A stretch of DNA of 37,860 nucleotides from a virus (IMGVR_UViG_2541047762_000007); one strand, 5' to 3'; shown: positions 1 through 8,706, counted from the stretch's first letter. The notes: generated from the sequence alone by a model not told the origin. A program made the numbers and translations.

Positions 1-933
1 TTATGCCGCCAGCACGCGGTTGCGTCCATCATTTTTCGCCCGATACAAAGCATCATCAACGCGTTTAAACAGTTCATCGATGCTTTCATTTCCTTCGTGA
101 TGCGCCACACCAATGCTGACGGTAAAGCGTGGTAAGCCCGAAATACTCACTTTTGCCACGCTTACGCGGATAGTTTCAGCCAGCGAAAGCGCGGTATCCA
201 GTGGGGTTCTTGGTAGCAATAAGACAAACTCTTCGCCTCCCCAACGAAACACCAAATCGCCTTTGCGAGCGCAACTTTCGAGGGTGCGGGCGAGGGCGCA
301 TAACACCTCATCACCTTTAGAATGCCCATAGAGATCGTTAATGTGTTTAAAACGATCGGTGTCGATGAGCAATAAGCTGTAATCCTGAGCGATGGCGAGG
401 TGCTGCATTTGGCCTGGCTCGGTAATGTGGTAAAACTGTCGCCGATTCAGTAATCCGGTCATCGCGTCATGGTGGGCAGCATGTTCCAGCTGCTCCTCCA
501 GCCGTTTTTGCTCAGTAATATCATGCACAATACATAACATGAGCTTGTCGCCATAAATTTCAATCGGCCCAGCATAGGTCTGCACATGACGAGTCGAACC
601 ATCCGCCAGTTTATGAACAAAATTCAAAGGCTTATGGCCACCGGGTAAATGCGAAATTTCATGCATGATAGGCATGACGCGTCGCCCGAGCATATTTATT
701 TCCCAGGTATGTTTCTGGCACATCGTTTCATGGTTATAGCCATAGAAATTGAGCGCGGCGAGGTTAGCATCGACGATTTGGCCATCTCGTGAGGGGTCAA
801 TCAACAACATTGGTGCAGAGTTAGTCAGAAAAAAGCGCGCATAAAAACCTTGTTTTTTGCGCTGATAATTTGCCGAGCGACTGGCTTTTAAACCCAGCGT
901 TGCCGGTGCTTCGATACCTTCGAAAATAATCAC
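1..933 (-). CDS. PAS-GGDEF diguanylate cyclase (host gene; 5' end may be interrupted by prophage)
   Basis: Translation has the GGDEF active-site motif (RWGGEEF) and a PAS-like N-terminal region. Stop codon at 1..3. First codon is GTG at 931..933, and the frame stays open upstream to 982 with no ATG. Confidence 0.85.
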   Translation of the reverse strand: MIIFEGIEAPATLGLKASRSANYQRKKQGFYARFFLTNSAPMLLIDPSRDGQIVDANLAALNFYGYNHETMCQKHTWEINMLGRRVMPIMHEISHLPGGHKPLNFVHKLADGSTRHVQTYAGPIEIYGDKLMLCIVHDITEQKRLEEQLEHAAHHDAMTGLLNRRQFYHITEPGQMQHLAIAQDYSLLLIDTDRFKHINDLYGHSKGDEVLCALARTLESCARKGDLVFRWGGEEFVLLLPRTPLDTALSLAETIRVSVAKVSISGLPRFTVSIGVAHHEGNESIDELFKRVDDALYRAKNDGRNRVLAA

Positions 934-956
934 CGGTTCTGCTTCTGTCAGCTTTC

Positions 957-1003
957 TGATGCGCCGCGCGATAAATGCACTCTATCTTGTGCGATAAATG
1001 GCA
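957..1003. repeat. Putative prophage right terminus with transposase-binding repeats
   Basis: Sequence from 957 (TGATGCGCCGCGCGATAAATGCAC...) resembles the Mu R1/R2 end as I recall it (TGAAGCGGCGCACGAAAAACGC...CGATAAATGCG) and starts with TG. GCGATAAATG occurs twice, at 968..977 and 991..1000. Confidence 0.45.
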
Positions 1004-1034
1004 TCCACGCGGCGTTTCATTATTTGAAAAAGAA

Positions 1035-1607
1035 TTACATTTCAGGTTGCGTTATGACAGTCCCAACAGGGTGGTAGCGGTAGATCGTTGACAGTCCAAT
1101 ATCATAGATAATTGCCAGCCGCTTTCTGTCATACCCTTTCTGGAGCAATCTTGCGATCTGCTCATGCTGCTCCTTCGTCAGTTTCGGGCGACGTCCTCCA
1201 ACTCTCCCTTGTGCTCGCGCAGCAGCCAGTCCTGCCAGCGTGCGCTCAACTATCAGTTCACGCTCCATTTCTGCCAGTGCACCCATCATATGAAAAAAGA
1301 ACCTTCCCATCGGAGTGCTGGTATCGATTGAATCCGTCAGACTGCGAAAATTGACACCTTTTGCGCGTAGCTCTTCTGTGAGAGCAATGAGGTGTTTCAT
1401 TCTTCTACCCAACCGATCCAGCTTCCAGACCACCAATGTATCCCCTCTTTTAAGGCACTTTAAAGCGCGTTTCAGGCCTGGTCGTTCCGACTTGGTTCCG
1501 CTCATTTTGTCCTCAAAAATCTGTTCACATCCTGCGCACATTAATGCATTGCGTTGCAAATCTGTGTTTTGGTCATTTGTTGACACACGTATGTAGCCAA
1601 TCAGCAT
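1035..1607 (-). CDS. gin: Gin/Pin/Hin-family serine DNA invertase
   Basis: Translation from the ATG at 1607 (MLIGYIRVSTNDQNTDLQRNAL...GRRPKLT...) closely matches my recollection of Mu Gin and e14 Pin. The ORF-track start at 1736 is probably an upstream artefact. Confidence 0.9.
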   Translation of the reverse strand: MLIGYIRVSTNDQNTDLQRNALMCAGCEQIFEDKMSGTKSERPGLKRALKCLKRGDTLVVWKLDRLGRRMKHLIALTEELRAKGVNFRSLTDSIDTSTPMGRFFFHMMGALAEMERELIVERTLAGLAAARAQGRVGGRRPKLTKEQHEQIARLLQKGYDRKRLAIIYDIGLSTIYRYHPVGTVITQPEM

Positions 1608-1673
1608 TAAAAATACTCCCTTTTGAGTGGTTAAAGTACTGAGATAATGTGGGGAGGATTTGAGAGATAAACG

Positions 1674-1889
1674 TTGGTTTAGGAGAAGGCTCGGCGCTAC
1701 CCGTTGGTGTGCCTGTTCCGTGGCCCACCGCCACACCGCCAGCAGGCTGGTTAAAGTGCGACGGGCGCGCCTTTACAAAAGAACAATATCCTGTTCTGGC
1801 CAGAGTCTACCCGACCCTCCGTCTTCCCGATTTACGCGGTGAGTTTATCCGTGGATGGGACGACGGGCGCAAAGTTGATACAGGACGTA
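1674..1889. repeat. Left inverted repeat of invertible tail-fibre segment (gix-like site at 1664..1687)
   Basis: About 216 bp here is the near-identical reverse complement of 3061..3279. Its outer end (gagataaacgTTGGTTTAGGAGAA) resembles the Gin/Hin crossover half-site consensus. Confidence 0.7.
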
Positions 1890-2191
1890 AGTTGCTGTCC
1901 GCACAAGGGGCAACGCTGTTAAGAACAGCAATGCTGGATTATTATAACCAGGACACTACGGGAACCTCGGGGATAGTCGGCATGGGATTCAACAATGAAG
2001 ATTCCATTACAGACCTTCGTGAGGGCAGCTTTAAAATGCCGGACGGGACAACATTCAGCAATCCTGCCATGGCAATGTCAGACAATGGTATGCAGGCTAC
2101 TATTCTGACCTCTATCAGAAGCGGGTATGCGAAGGGTATCACTGTCAGACCCCGTAGCATTGCACTTAATTACATTGTGAGGGCAGTTTAA
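1709..2191 (+). CDS. Alternative tail-fibre C-terminal cassette (Sv'-like), promoterless in current orientation
   Basis: The first ~60 aa are nearly identical to the region of the 2812..4398 fibre that begins ~150 aa from its C-terminus (PVPWPTATPPAGWL...LRLPDLRGEFIRGWD), then diverge. It lies inside the invertible segment on the opposite strand. Confidence 0.7.
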   Translation: MPVPWPTATPPAGWLKCDGRAFTKEQYPVLARVYPTLRLPDLRGEFIRGWDDGRKVDTGRKLLSAQGATLLRTAMLDYYNQDTTGTSGIVGMGFNNEDSITDLREGSFKMPDGTTFSNPAMAMSDNGMQATILTSIRSGYAKGITVRPRSIALNYIVRAV

Positions 2192-2805
2192 TGAGTAACA
2201 CTGCAGTTCTGGATGAAAACGGTATCGCCACTGTAGCGGGCGATATCACTGTATATCACTATGACGAGGAAACCCGGGAATACACCTCATCCTCTGTGGA
2301 GTATCTCGCCCTTGGGGTGGGTACTCCGGCACATTCGTGCGCCGATGCACCGCCGGAAGCAATTTCGGGTTACGTGGTTTGCCGGACTGCCACGCTGAAC
2401 GGGTGGGAGCATGTGCCTGATCACCGCGGCGAGACGGTATACAGCACGGAGAACGGTAACCCCGTTCTGATTACCCAACCGGGTGATTACCCGGCGGACA
2501 CCACCACAAAACAGCCAGCCACGCCATGGGATACCTGGAACGGTGAGGCGTGGGTAACCGATACTGAACGGCAGCGAGCCGCAGAACTGGAGGTTGCCAG
2601 ACAGCAACGCCAGCAACGGGTGAAACAGGCGATGGCGTCCGTCGATCTTATCAACCTCAAACTGCGTGCTGGTCGCAGTCTGAAACCAGAAGAAACGGCA
2701 AAACTGAACGCCGTGCTGGATTATATCGACGAGCTGAACGCACTGGATATCAGCAAGGCACCTGAAATCAGCTGGCCGGAAGCGCCACTGGCGCTTGCCG
2801 GCTGA
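2191..2805 (+). CDS. Tail fibre assembly protein (Tfa/U-like)
   Basis: Position directly after the alternative fibre cassette (TAATG overlap), ~200 aa, composition typical of lambda Tfa / Mu U chaperones. Confidence 0.75.
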   Translation: MSNTAVLDENGIATVAGDITVYHYDEETREYTSSSVEYLALGVGTPAHSCADAPPEAISGYVVCRTATLNGWEHVPDHRGETVYSTENGNPVLITQPGDYPADTTTKQPATPWDTWNGEAWVTDTERQRAAELEVARQQRQQRVKQAMASVDLINLKLRAGRSLKPEETAKLNAVLDYIDELNALDISKAPEISWPEAPLALAG

Positions 2806-2811
2806 ACGGTA

Positions 2812-4398
2812 TCACGCCGCCCTCACGATATAGTTAAATGCGATATTGCGGGGGCGAGCTGATACATAAGCCCACCAGTCATATCTTTGTGCACCTTTAG
2901 AGGATGCATCAAATATCCACTTTTTGCCATTTATGACCCCCAGTTGATTAGAGGTTAAAGCGTCACCAAATCCGTATTGTGTAGAGCCGAGCGAACTGAT
3001 ATCTCCGGTATTATTATCATCAAAACCGGATACGATAGTCCCTTCCTGAAATGAAAGTACCGTACGCCCGGTATCAACCTTGCGACCACCGTCCCATCCA
3101 CGGATAAACTCACCGCGCAAATCGGGAAGACGGAGGGTCGGGTAGACTCTGGCCAGAACAGGATATTGTTCTTTGGTGAACGTAGCTCCGTTGCACTGTA
3201 ACCAGCCTGCTGGCGGTGTGGCGGTGGGCCATGGAACCGGTACACCAACAGGCAATGCAGAGCCTTCCCCCAAACCAAGGTAATTGAGGACATCTTTTAT
3301 ACTGCCCTTAGCGATAATAGCGCGACCAATAGCTGTAAGGGTTGCCAGCGCTGCGCGGTCTGCTCCGGTAAAATAAGGCAACCGATCTGCTGCAGTGGCA
3401 AGTCCTGCCAGAGCAGTGAGCGTGGCATCTGCCGGTTGTTTTCCGTTTGCCAGATCGTATGCAGCCTTGACGGCCTTTGGTGTGGCGGCCAGCGTTTCAG
3501 ACGTGCTGTTGATGGCGCTGCTCAATTGTACGGTGCCTTTTGCCGTCAGCGAGGCAGCAGGCACTCCCGTTATCTGACTCCACGGGTGAGTGTGGCTGAC
3601 GGGCGCCTTGCCGGCTGCAAGGTCGTATGCAGCCTTGACGGCCTTTGGTGTGGCGGCCAGCGTTTCAGACGTGCTGTTGATGGCGCTGCTCAATTGTACG
3701 GTGCCTTTTGCCGTCAGCGAGGCAGCAGGCACTCCCGTTATCTGACTCCACGGGTGAGTGTGGCTGACGGGCGCCTTGCCGGCTGCAAGGTCGTATGCAG
3801 CCTTGACGGCCTTTGGTGTGGCGGCCAGCGTTTCAGACGTGCTGTTGATGGCACTGCTCAGTTGTACGATCCCTTTACGGGTCGTTGTTGCATCCTGGGC
3901 TGTGTATTTTCCCCGGGCCAGATCATACGCGATTTTCACAGCCTTCGGCGTGGCAGCCTCAGTTTCTGATTGACTGTCCGTGGCACTGCTCAGCTGTACG
4001 GTGCCTTTTGCCGTCAGCGAGGCAGCAGGCACTCCCGTTATCTGACTCCACGGGTGAGTGTGACTGACGGGTGCCTTGCCGGCTGCAAGGTCGTATGCAG
4101 CCTTGACGGCTTTTGGTGTGGCGGCCAGCGTTTCAGAGGTGCTGTTGGTGGCACTGCTCAGTTGGGTGAACCCCTTAGCTGTCAGTGTCGCGTCCGGGTG
4201 GTTACGGGAACGTACGTGTTCAGCCAGTGACTGTGCGGCTTCCTCCGTTTTTTTCTTCAGCCATTTCGTCCTGTTTGCCAGTTGCCGGGGGGCTCGATTT
4301 GATATCCCGTCTGCACCACCCAGAACCGGATCTGATGTCTCCAGTTGATAGATATTTTCTTCCCACTTTTCTGTTTCATTCAGGTTTCCCATAATCAA
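2812..4398 (-). CDS. Tail fibre protein with internal tandem repeats
   Basis: 528-aa ORF with repeated fibre motifs (TAKGTVQLSSAxxSTSETLAATPKAVKAAYDLA, SHTHPW). C-terminal part lies inside the invertible segment. Position matches Mu S. Confidence 0.9.
   Translation of the reverse strand: MIMGNLNETEKWEENIYQLETSDPVLGGADGISNRAPRQLANRTKWLKKKTEEAAQSLAEHVRSRNHPDATLTAKGFTQLSSATNSTSETLAATPKAVKAAYDLAAGKAPVSHTHPWSQITGVPAASLTAKGTVQLSSATDSQSETEAATPKAVKIAYDLARGKYTAQDATTTRKGIVQLSSAINSTSETLAATPKAVKAAYDLAAGKAPVSHTHPWSQITGVPAASLTAKGTVQLSSAINSTSETLAATPKAVKAAYDLAAGKAPVSHTHPWSQITGVPAASLTAKGTVQLSSAINSTSETLAATPKAVKAAYDLANGKQPADATLTALAGLATAADRLPYFTGADRAALATLTAIGRAIIAKGSIKDVLNYLGLGEGSALPVGVPVPWPTATPPAGWLQCNGATFTKEQYPVLARVYPTLRLPDLRGEFIRGWDGGRKVDTGRTVLSFQEGTIVSGFDDNNTGDISSLGSTQYGFGDALTSNQLGVINGKKWIFDASSKGAQRYDWWAYVSARPRNIAFNYIVRAA
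3061..3290. repeat. Right inverted repeat of invertible tail-fibre segment (gix-like site at 3265..3290)
   Basis: Reverse complement matches 1674..1889. TTCCCCCAAACCAAGG at 3265..3280 is the inverted partner of the left site. Confidence 0.7.
3440..4200. repeat. 168-bp (56-aa) tandem repeats within tail fibre gene
   Basis: Three near-identical units are in register at ~3455, 3623 and 3791, followed by two more diverged units. The plus-strand shadow ORF 3436..3969 shows the same period. Confidence 0.85.
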
Positions 4399-4973
4399 CT
4401 GCTCCCGTGGTTATAACTGCCATCATGGATGGCAGTATTGTTATAGCGAATGGCCACAGACTGATACTCCAGGCTGGCCAGATGGCAGCGGGCCGGTGCA
4501 AATGCAGCCAGCGTCTGACGCAGCATCGCGGCCTGATCGTTAGTAATGGGCTGTTTCAGAATAACGCGATAAACTGCCCAGGCGGCTGCATCTCCATGAA
4601 CAAACAGTCCGTTATAGCTGCGATTGCCGTCGTAACTGAGACGACCTGTGCCTTCAATCAGATCCACTTCACCAAAGCCAAAACGGCGGATAACTTCCCG
4701 GATTGACCACGGCGTCCCTTTATACCGGTGCAGTTCGATGGCTGCTTTTATAAGCATGCGGCGAACATCGTCCGATTCCGCCAGCTCCCAGCCATCGCCA
4801 GACAGTGAGAACTGCTCGCCCAGCCATGGCAGCGCGGAACTGTCGACGATATCGACGAGAAAGACCATCAGTACGCTCAGGTCGATGTTATCCAGCCGTC
4901 CTGCCAGTCTTCCCAGCGTCCTGAGACTGATATCACCCTCAAGCGGTGGCGGGAGTTGTAATGGCTCAGTCAT
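4395..4973 (-). CDS. Baseplate protein (P2 gpI / Mu gp48-like)
   Basis: Size and position between the baseplate J-like gene and the tail fibre; overlaps its neighbours. Confidence 0.7.
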   Translation of the reverse strand: MTEPLQLPPPLEGDISLRTLGRLAGRLDNIDLSVLMVFLVDIVDSSALPWLGEQFSLSGDGWELAESDDVRRMLIKAAIELHRYKGTPWSIREVIRRFGFGEVDLIEGTGRLSYDGNRSYNGLFVHGDAAAWAVYRVILKQPITNDQAAMLRQTLAAFAPARCHLASLEYQSVAIRYNNTAIHDGSYNHGSS

Positions 4974-6069
4974 CAGACACTCCAGTCATGTTAAGAGTGA
5001 TTGCCGTACAGTTTGCCCATTCGTTTTCTGCCACCACCCGCAGTGCCGGTGTCACCAGTTCAACCTGGTACACCCCGGAAACGGACAATGCACTGATAAT
5101 CTGGCTGGGGACAATATCGCGCCCCAGCGTGGCGGCACGTGATGCCACCCAGTTCTGTATGGCGCTGTTAGCGGCATCTTTTACAGACCTGGCATCCTGA
5201 TCACGATAGATCGTAATCCTGGCTTCAATGGTGTAATCCACCTTCACTGGTGTTTTAGCCCGCACTGTATCAGTGAGTGGCCTGACTTTCTCATCAGAGC
5301 AGAAACTCTCTACCAGCGTGAGAACACCGCCGTCCGGCAGACCGGTACTGAGCAGCGGATACAGATCTACGGTCCCGGGAACCGGGGAAAGCACAGCAAC
5401 ATCGACAATGTTGGGATGGGCCTGCATGGCATGAAAGCGGTATGCGCCACGGCTTCCGGCATTGGTGAATGACTCCGGGGCCAGCCTGATACGCTCCCGG
5501 AGCCTGTCATCGTCTTCCTGTTCTGAACCGCCGGAACTGGCCGTCAGATTGCTCACCAGCAGGTCGACGTTATCAATCTCATCGAGTAACTGACTGACCT
5601 GCGCAGGTTGCCAGCCGTTACCAGCGGTACCGGGTTCGGTACAGGTGGACGTGACATTGACCAGCAGCAATCCGGCCTTCAGTACCACATCTGTATCGGT
5701 GGCAAAAATAACGCTGTCGGAAGCGCTGACGCGGGTGCCTGCCGGGATCAGCACATCAATGGCCAGTGCCTCATCTACGGAGAACTGGAGCGTGGTGGTG
5801 GCAGGCTGCGCGGCAAGACGGTATACACCGACCAGTTCACCGAGGTAATCAATCATCGGCTCACGGGCAAAGGCGACCAGATTCTGCTTTGCTGCCTCCT
5901 GTACCGCAACCCTGACCAGCATTTCGCGATAGGCCCACAGATCAATCAGCAGACGTTCTGCCTGTGCCGGGTACAGCGTTTTGCCGGTATCCGCTTCATA
6001 CTTCGCAATCATTTCTGCCGTGATTTTGTCGGCATCGCGTTCAATAAAATCGGGTTCTGTCAGCGCCAT
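4966..6069 (-). CDS. Baseplate J-like protein (Mu gp47 / P2 gpJ-like)
   Basis: 367 aa, position and composition match baseplate J family; translationally coupled to neighbours. Confidence 0.8.
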   Translation of the reverse strand: MALTEPDFIERDADKITAEMIAKYEADTGKTLYPAQAERLLIDLWAYREMLVRVAVQEAAKQNLVAFAREPMIDYLGELVGVYRLAAQPATTTLQFSVDEALAIDVLIPAGTRVSASDSVIFATDTDVVLKAGLLLVNVTSTCTEPGTAGNGWQPAQVSQLLDEIDNVDLLVSNLTASSGGSEQEDDDRLRERIRLAPESFTNAGSRGAYRFHAMQAHPNIVDVAVLSPVPGTVDLYPLLSTGLPDGGVLTLVESFCSDEKVRPLTDTVRAKTPVKVDYTIEARITIYRDQDARSVKDAANSAIQNWVASRAATLGRDIVPSQIISALSVSGVYQVELVTPALRVVAENEWANCTAITLNMTGVSDD

Positions 6070-6407
6070 AGCAGCTCCTGAGTCCGGGTCTGTCCGTCTG
6101 AGCCTTTCCAGCTCACCCGGAGCGTAAGATGTTCGCCGTCGACGGCGGGTTTAACTGACATAAGCTGGCAGCGGGGCTCCCAGCGCCGGATGGCATCGAC
6201 GGATTCGCGCACCACATGCGGAATGGCCCGGTCTACAGGCCAGTCGATATAAAGATGCAGATTGCTGCCGAACTCCGGGCGATGCGGGTCGCTGCCGCGG
6301 GGAGTCCGCAGGATAATTTGAATCGCCTGCCGGATATCATCCAGCCCCCGGACAATTTCGCCGGGAGCCTGCAGAGTTGGTTGCCAGAATACTGAGGTCG
6401 TTTTCAT
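6060..6407 (-). CDS. Baseplate wedge protein (gpW/gp25-like)
   Basis: 115 aa with gpW/gp25-like features (GSDPHRPEFGS...), located upstream of the J-like gene. Confidence 0.75.
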   Translation of the reverse strand: MKTTSVFWQPTLQAPGEIVRGLDDIRQAIQIILRTPRGSDPHRPEFGSNLHLYIDWPVDRAIPHVVRESVDAIRRWEPRCQLMSVKPAVDGEHLTLRVSWKGSDGQTRTQELLWR

Positions 6408-6532
6408 GGAGGCAGTATTGCCCCCGTGCGGGAACGCTGATATTAAAGGGATTTAAAAAAACGTAAAATGGTTGAGCTTATTGAAAAACAGCCAATATTG
6501 TTAATTAATAATCACCTGAAAACGGAGGTTTT

Positions 6533-6718
6533 ATGAAGAAAAAATTTTTTCAGATGACAAATAAAAGTCATTTCATTAACCCGGAACACATCGTTGAAGC
6601 ATACTTTACAGTTAAAGGTACTTTCGAAATAACACTTTCAACAGGTAAGAAAATTCAACTCGACGAAAGCGAAAGCAAGTATCTGATGGATGTATTTGAT
6701 TTTGAGAAGCCACTCTAA
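6533..6718 (+). CDS. Small AT-rich moron ORF (61 aa), unknown function
   Basis: Antisense to the surrounding baseplate operon. Strong SD (ACGGAGG) 5 nt before the ATG, AT-rich upstream region with -10-like TAAAAT, and an intrinsic terminator immediately downstream. Confidence 0.55.
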   Translation: MKKKFFQMTNKSHFINPEHIVEAYFTVKGTFEITLSTGKKIQLDESESKYLMDVFDFEKPL

Positions 6719-6727
6719 TTGCCAGTG

Positions 6728-6751
6728 AGGCCGCCCGGTGCGGCCTTTTTT
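6728..6751 (+). terminator. Rho-independent terminator of the moron ORF
   Basis: GC hairpin AGGCCGC-CCGGT-GCGGCCT followed by a T-run (6746..6751). Confidence 0.75.
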
Positions 6752-6755
6752 CATA

Positions 6756-7352
6756 TCAATGAGAATGGTGATTAGAGTTAGAGCCATCAGACAGCATACT
6801 GCCCGTGGCATGGGCATTCCCTTTAATCTCGATATTGCCATGGATGGTCGCGGTAACACCTTTACCACCAGAACCCGCCATGCCTCCTTCGTAAATCAGC
6901 TTTCCCCTGACACGCAGCTCTCCGGTAAGTTCGGTTTCCGGTGCGTCAATCGTGGCTTTCTGTGTTTTCAATACCACATCAGCACCACACTCAATGACAA
7001 TATGCTCAATGCCGCCCCGGATGGTCAGAGTGTGCGTCTTCCGGTTGTAGCTGTACTCTGCACCATCAGCAAACCGGGTTCCCCGGATATTTTTGTCACT
7101 GAACGGTGGTTTATCGACGTCTGAATACACCGCGCCCAGAATAACACCATCCTCGCCGTTGGCATCGAGCAGCACCTCAACCTGCTCCCCCACGTCAGGG
7201 AGCCAGTAATCTTTGTTATCCTGGGTATTGCGCTGCAGCACGTTAAGCCAGTTTGTGCGCAGGTTATCGCATTCAGGCAGACGAACGCGGGCCTGAACCC
7301 TGTCGGCATCAACGGCACTGACCGTACCGACCTGACGAGTGACACCAGTCAT
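6756..7352 (-). CDS. Baseplate spike/hub protein (P2 gpV / Mu gp45-like)
   Basis: 198 aa with glycine-rich, His-rich C-terminus typical of gpV spikes; sits between the gpD-like and gpW-like genes. Confidence 0.75.
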   Translation of the reverse strand: MTGVTRQVGTVSAVDADRVQARVRLPECDNLRTNWLNVLQRNTQDNKDYWLPDVGEQVEVLLDANGEDGVILGAVYSDVDKPPFSDKNIRGTRFADGAEYSYNRKTHTLTIRGGIEHIVIECGADVVLKTQKATIDAPETELTGELRVRGKLIYEGGMAGSGGKGVTATIHGNIEIKGNAHATGSMLSDGSNSNHHSH

Positions 7353-8503
7353 TTTTTCTTCTCCTTAATCACCGTCGATGTACTGCCATCCGGGTGATAA
7401 ACCGTGAGTTTCTGAGTTTTTTGTTTTTTCCCTCTTGTGACTGGCCCCCGTGCCACTTCCAGCTCTGTGGTGTAGCCGCTGTTACGGTCAAACGCATGGC
7501 GGGCAGTGGTTATGAGCCATGGCCCGGATAACTGCCCAAAACTCACCAGTTCAATTTTGTTGCCTGCTGTCAGTTGAGGTGTTCCCGTCAGCGTCAGGGA
7601 GCCGTTCTGCTGGTATTCGTTATGTCTGGCCAGTGCTGAATCCGCTTTAATCCGGGCACTGTCCGGGTCGCTGACGCGGCTGTTAACTTTAAGTGAGTCA
7701 GCGCTGGTAACCTTACCACCTTTGAGCTTTTTGTCGCTTTCACGGGTACCACCATCAGCTTCGTAGACGATCAGTTTTTTACTGCTGCTTTTCTGGTGTT
7801 TTACCTTTGCAGATTTATAGACCCGGTTGATGGTGTCACGCAGGGAAAAGCGGGCCACATCCTGCGGTTTTAACTGCCTGACCGGCTCCTGACTGCGCAG
7901 TGTGGCCAGATGAGAAAAAATCAGCTGGTCACTGACCACTTTCACTGCATAACCATACTCGCTGGCCAGCCGGCGCAGAAAACCCACGTCGGTTTCAGCA
8001 TACTGGGTCACCCGGTCGATTCTGATGGACTCAATGCTGCCCACCAGTTTCAGCCGGTGCTTTCTGGCAATCCGCCCCGCAACAGCTGCCAGCGTGGTGT
8101 TCTCAAAACCACGACTGGTTTTAGTCCGCAGGGCACTGTTAACCGAGGTGGCCACCCCACGGATAGAAACAACGGAAGCGGGCGAACTCACTTCGATCTC
8201 GTCTATAGAGAACGTACCGCAGGACAGCAGCTTCTCGCCCTGATAGCCCATTTTCAGCGTCAGCGTGTCACCCTTGCCCGGATACCATTTATCCAGCCAG
8301 CGGCCATCGGTGTCGTCCAGCTCCACCTCAATGGTATCGGACTCATTTTTGATGTTATCGCTCCAGGTCACACGGGTGACATAAGGCGCGATATCAGAGG
8401 TGATGTTTTTCTGCAGATACCACAGAGTGAACACCGGTGTCAGCACATCGCTGACGCCGGTTAACGCTGATGTGACTTGCGCAGTGCTGTTTATCTCAGC
8501 CAT
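7349..8503 (-). CDS. Baseplate hub / late control D-like protein (Mu gp44-like)
   Basis: 384 aa, position downstream of tape measure and upstream of the spike gene. Confidence 0.75.
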   Translation of the reverse strand: MAEINSTAQVTSALTGVSDVLTPVFTLWYLQKNITSDIAPYVTRVTWSDNIKNESDTIEVELDDTDGRWLDKWYPGKGDTLTLKMGYQGEKLLSCGTFSIDEIEVSSPASVVSIRGVATSVNSALRTKTSRGFENTTLAAVAGRIARKHRLKLVGSIESIRIDRVTQYAETDVGFLRRLASEYGYAVKVVSDQLIFSHLATLRSQEPVRQLKPQDVARFSLRDTINRVYKSAKVKHQKSSSKKLIVYEADGGTRESDKKLKGGKVTSADSLKVNSRVSDPDSARIKADSALARHNEYQQNGSLTLTGTPQLTAGNKIELVSFGQLSGPWLITTARHAFDRNSGYTTELEVARGPVTRGKKQKTQKLTVYHPDGSTSTVIKEKKK

Positions 8504-8706
8504 GGGGCAATATCCTCTTCTGTACGGGCTTCTTCAGCCTCAATCACCGGGATCAGTAACAACAGCCCGGAGGGCAGCACCGGCGTGATGGCCACGTGCG
8601 GATTGGCGGCAATAATCCGGGGATAGCCCAGCGGGTCACCGTAGTACTGCCATGCCAGCGAATCCCAGCGCTCTCCGTCACGGGTAACATGTTCAAGAAA
8701 CATCAC
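8491..8706 (-). CDS. Tail protein X-like (LysM-like)
   Basis: 71 aa, pattern resembles P2 gpX (W..YYG.P......ANP). Confidence 0.55.
   Translation of the reverse strand: MMFLEHVTRDGERWDSLAWQYYGDPLGYPRIIAANPHVAITPVLPSGLLLLIPVIEAEEARTEEDIAPWLR

Noticed and set aside
934-1034. A mom/com-like modification module between gin and the prophage end, as in Mu
   Set aside because: Only ~100 bp separates the invertase stop from the host gene, with no ORF; this phage appears to lack that module.
1112-1596. Plus-strand ORFs 1112..1354 and 1315..1596 inside the invertase gene
   Set aside because: Antisense to a strongly supported Gin-family gene and with no start signals.
3436-4348. Several plus-strand ORFs (3436..3969, 3970..4230, 4076..4348) with repetitive Cys/Gly-rich translations
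   Set aside because: They are antisense shadows of the tandem repeats in the minus-strand tail fibre gene; the periodicity comes from the repeat, not from independent coding.
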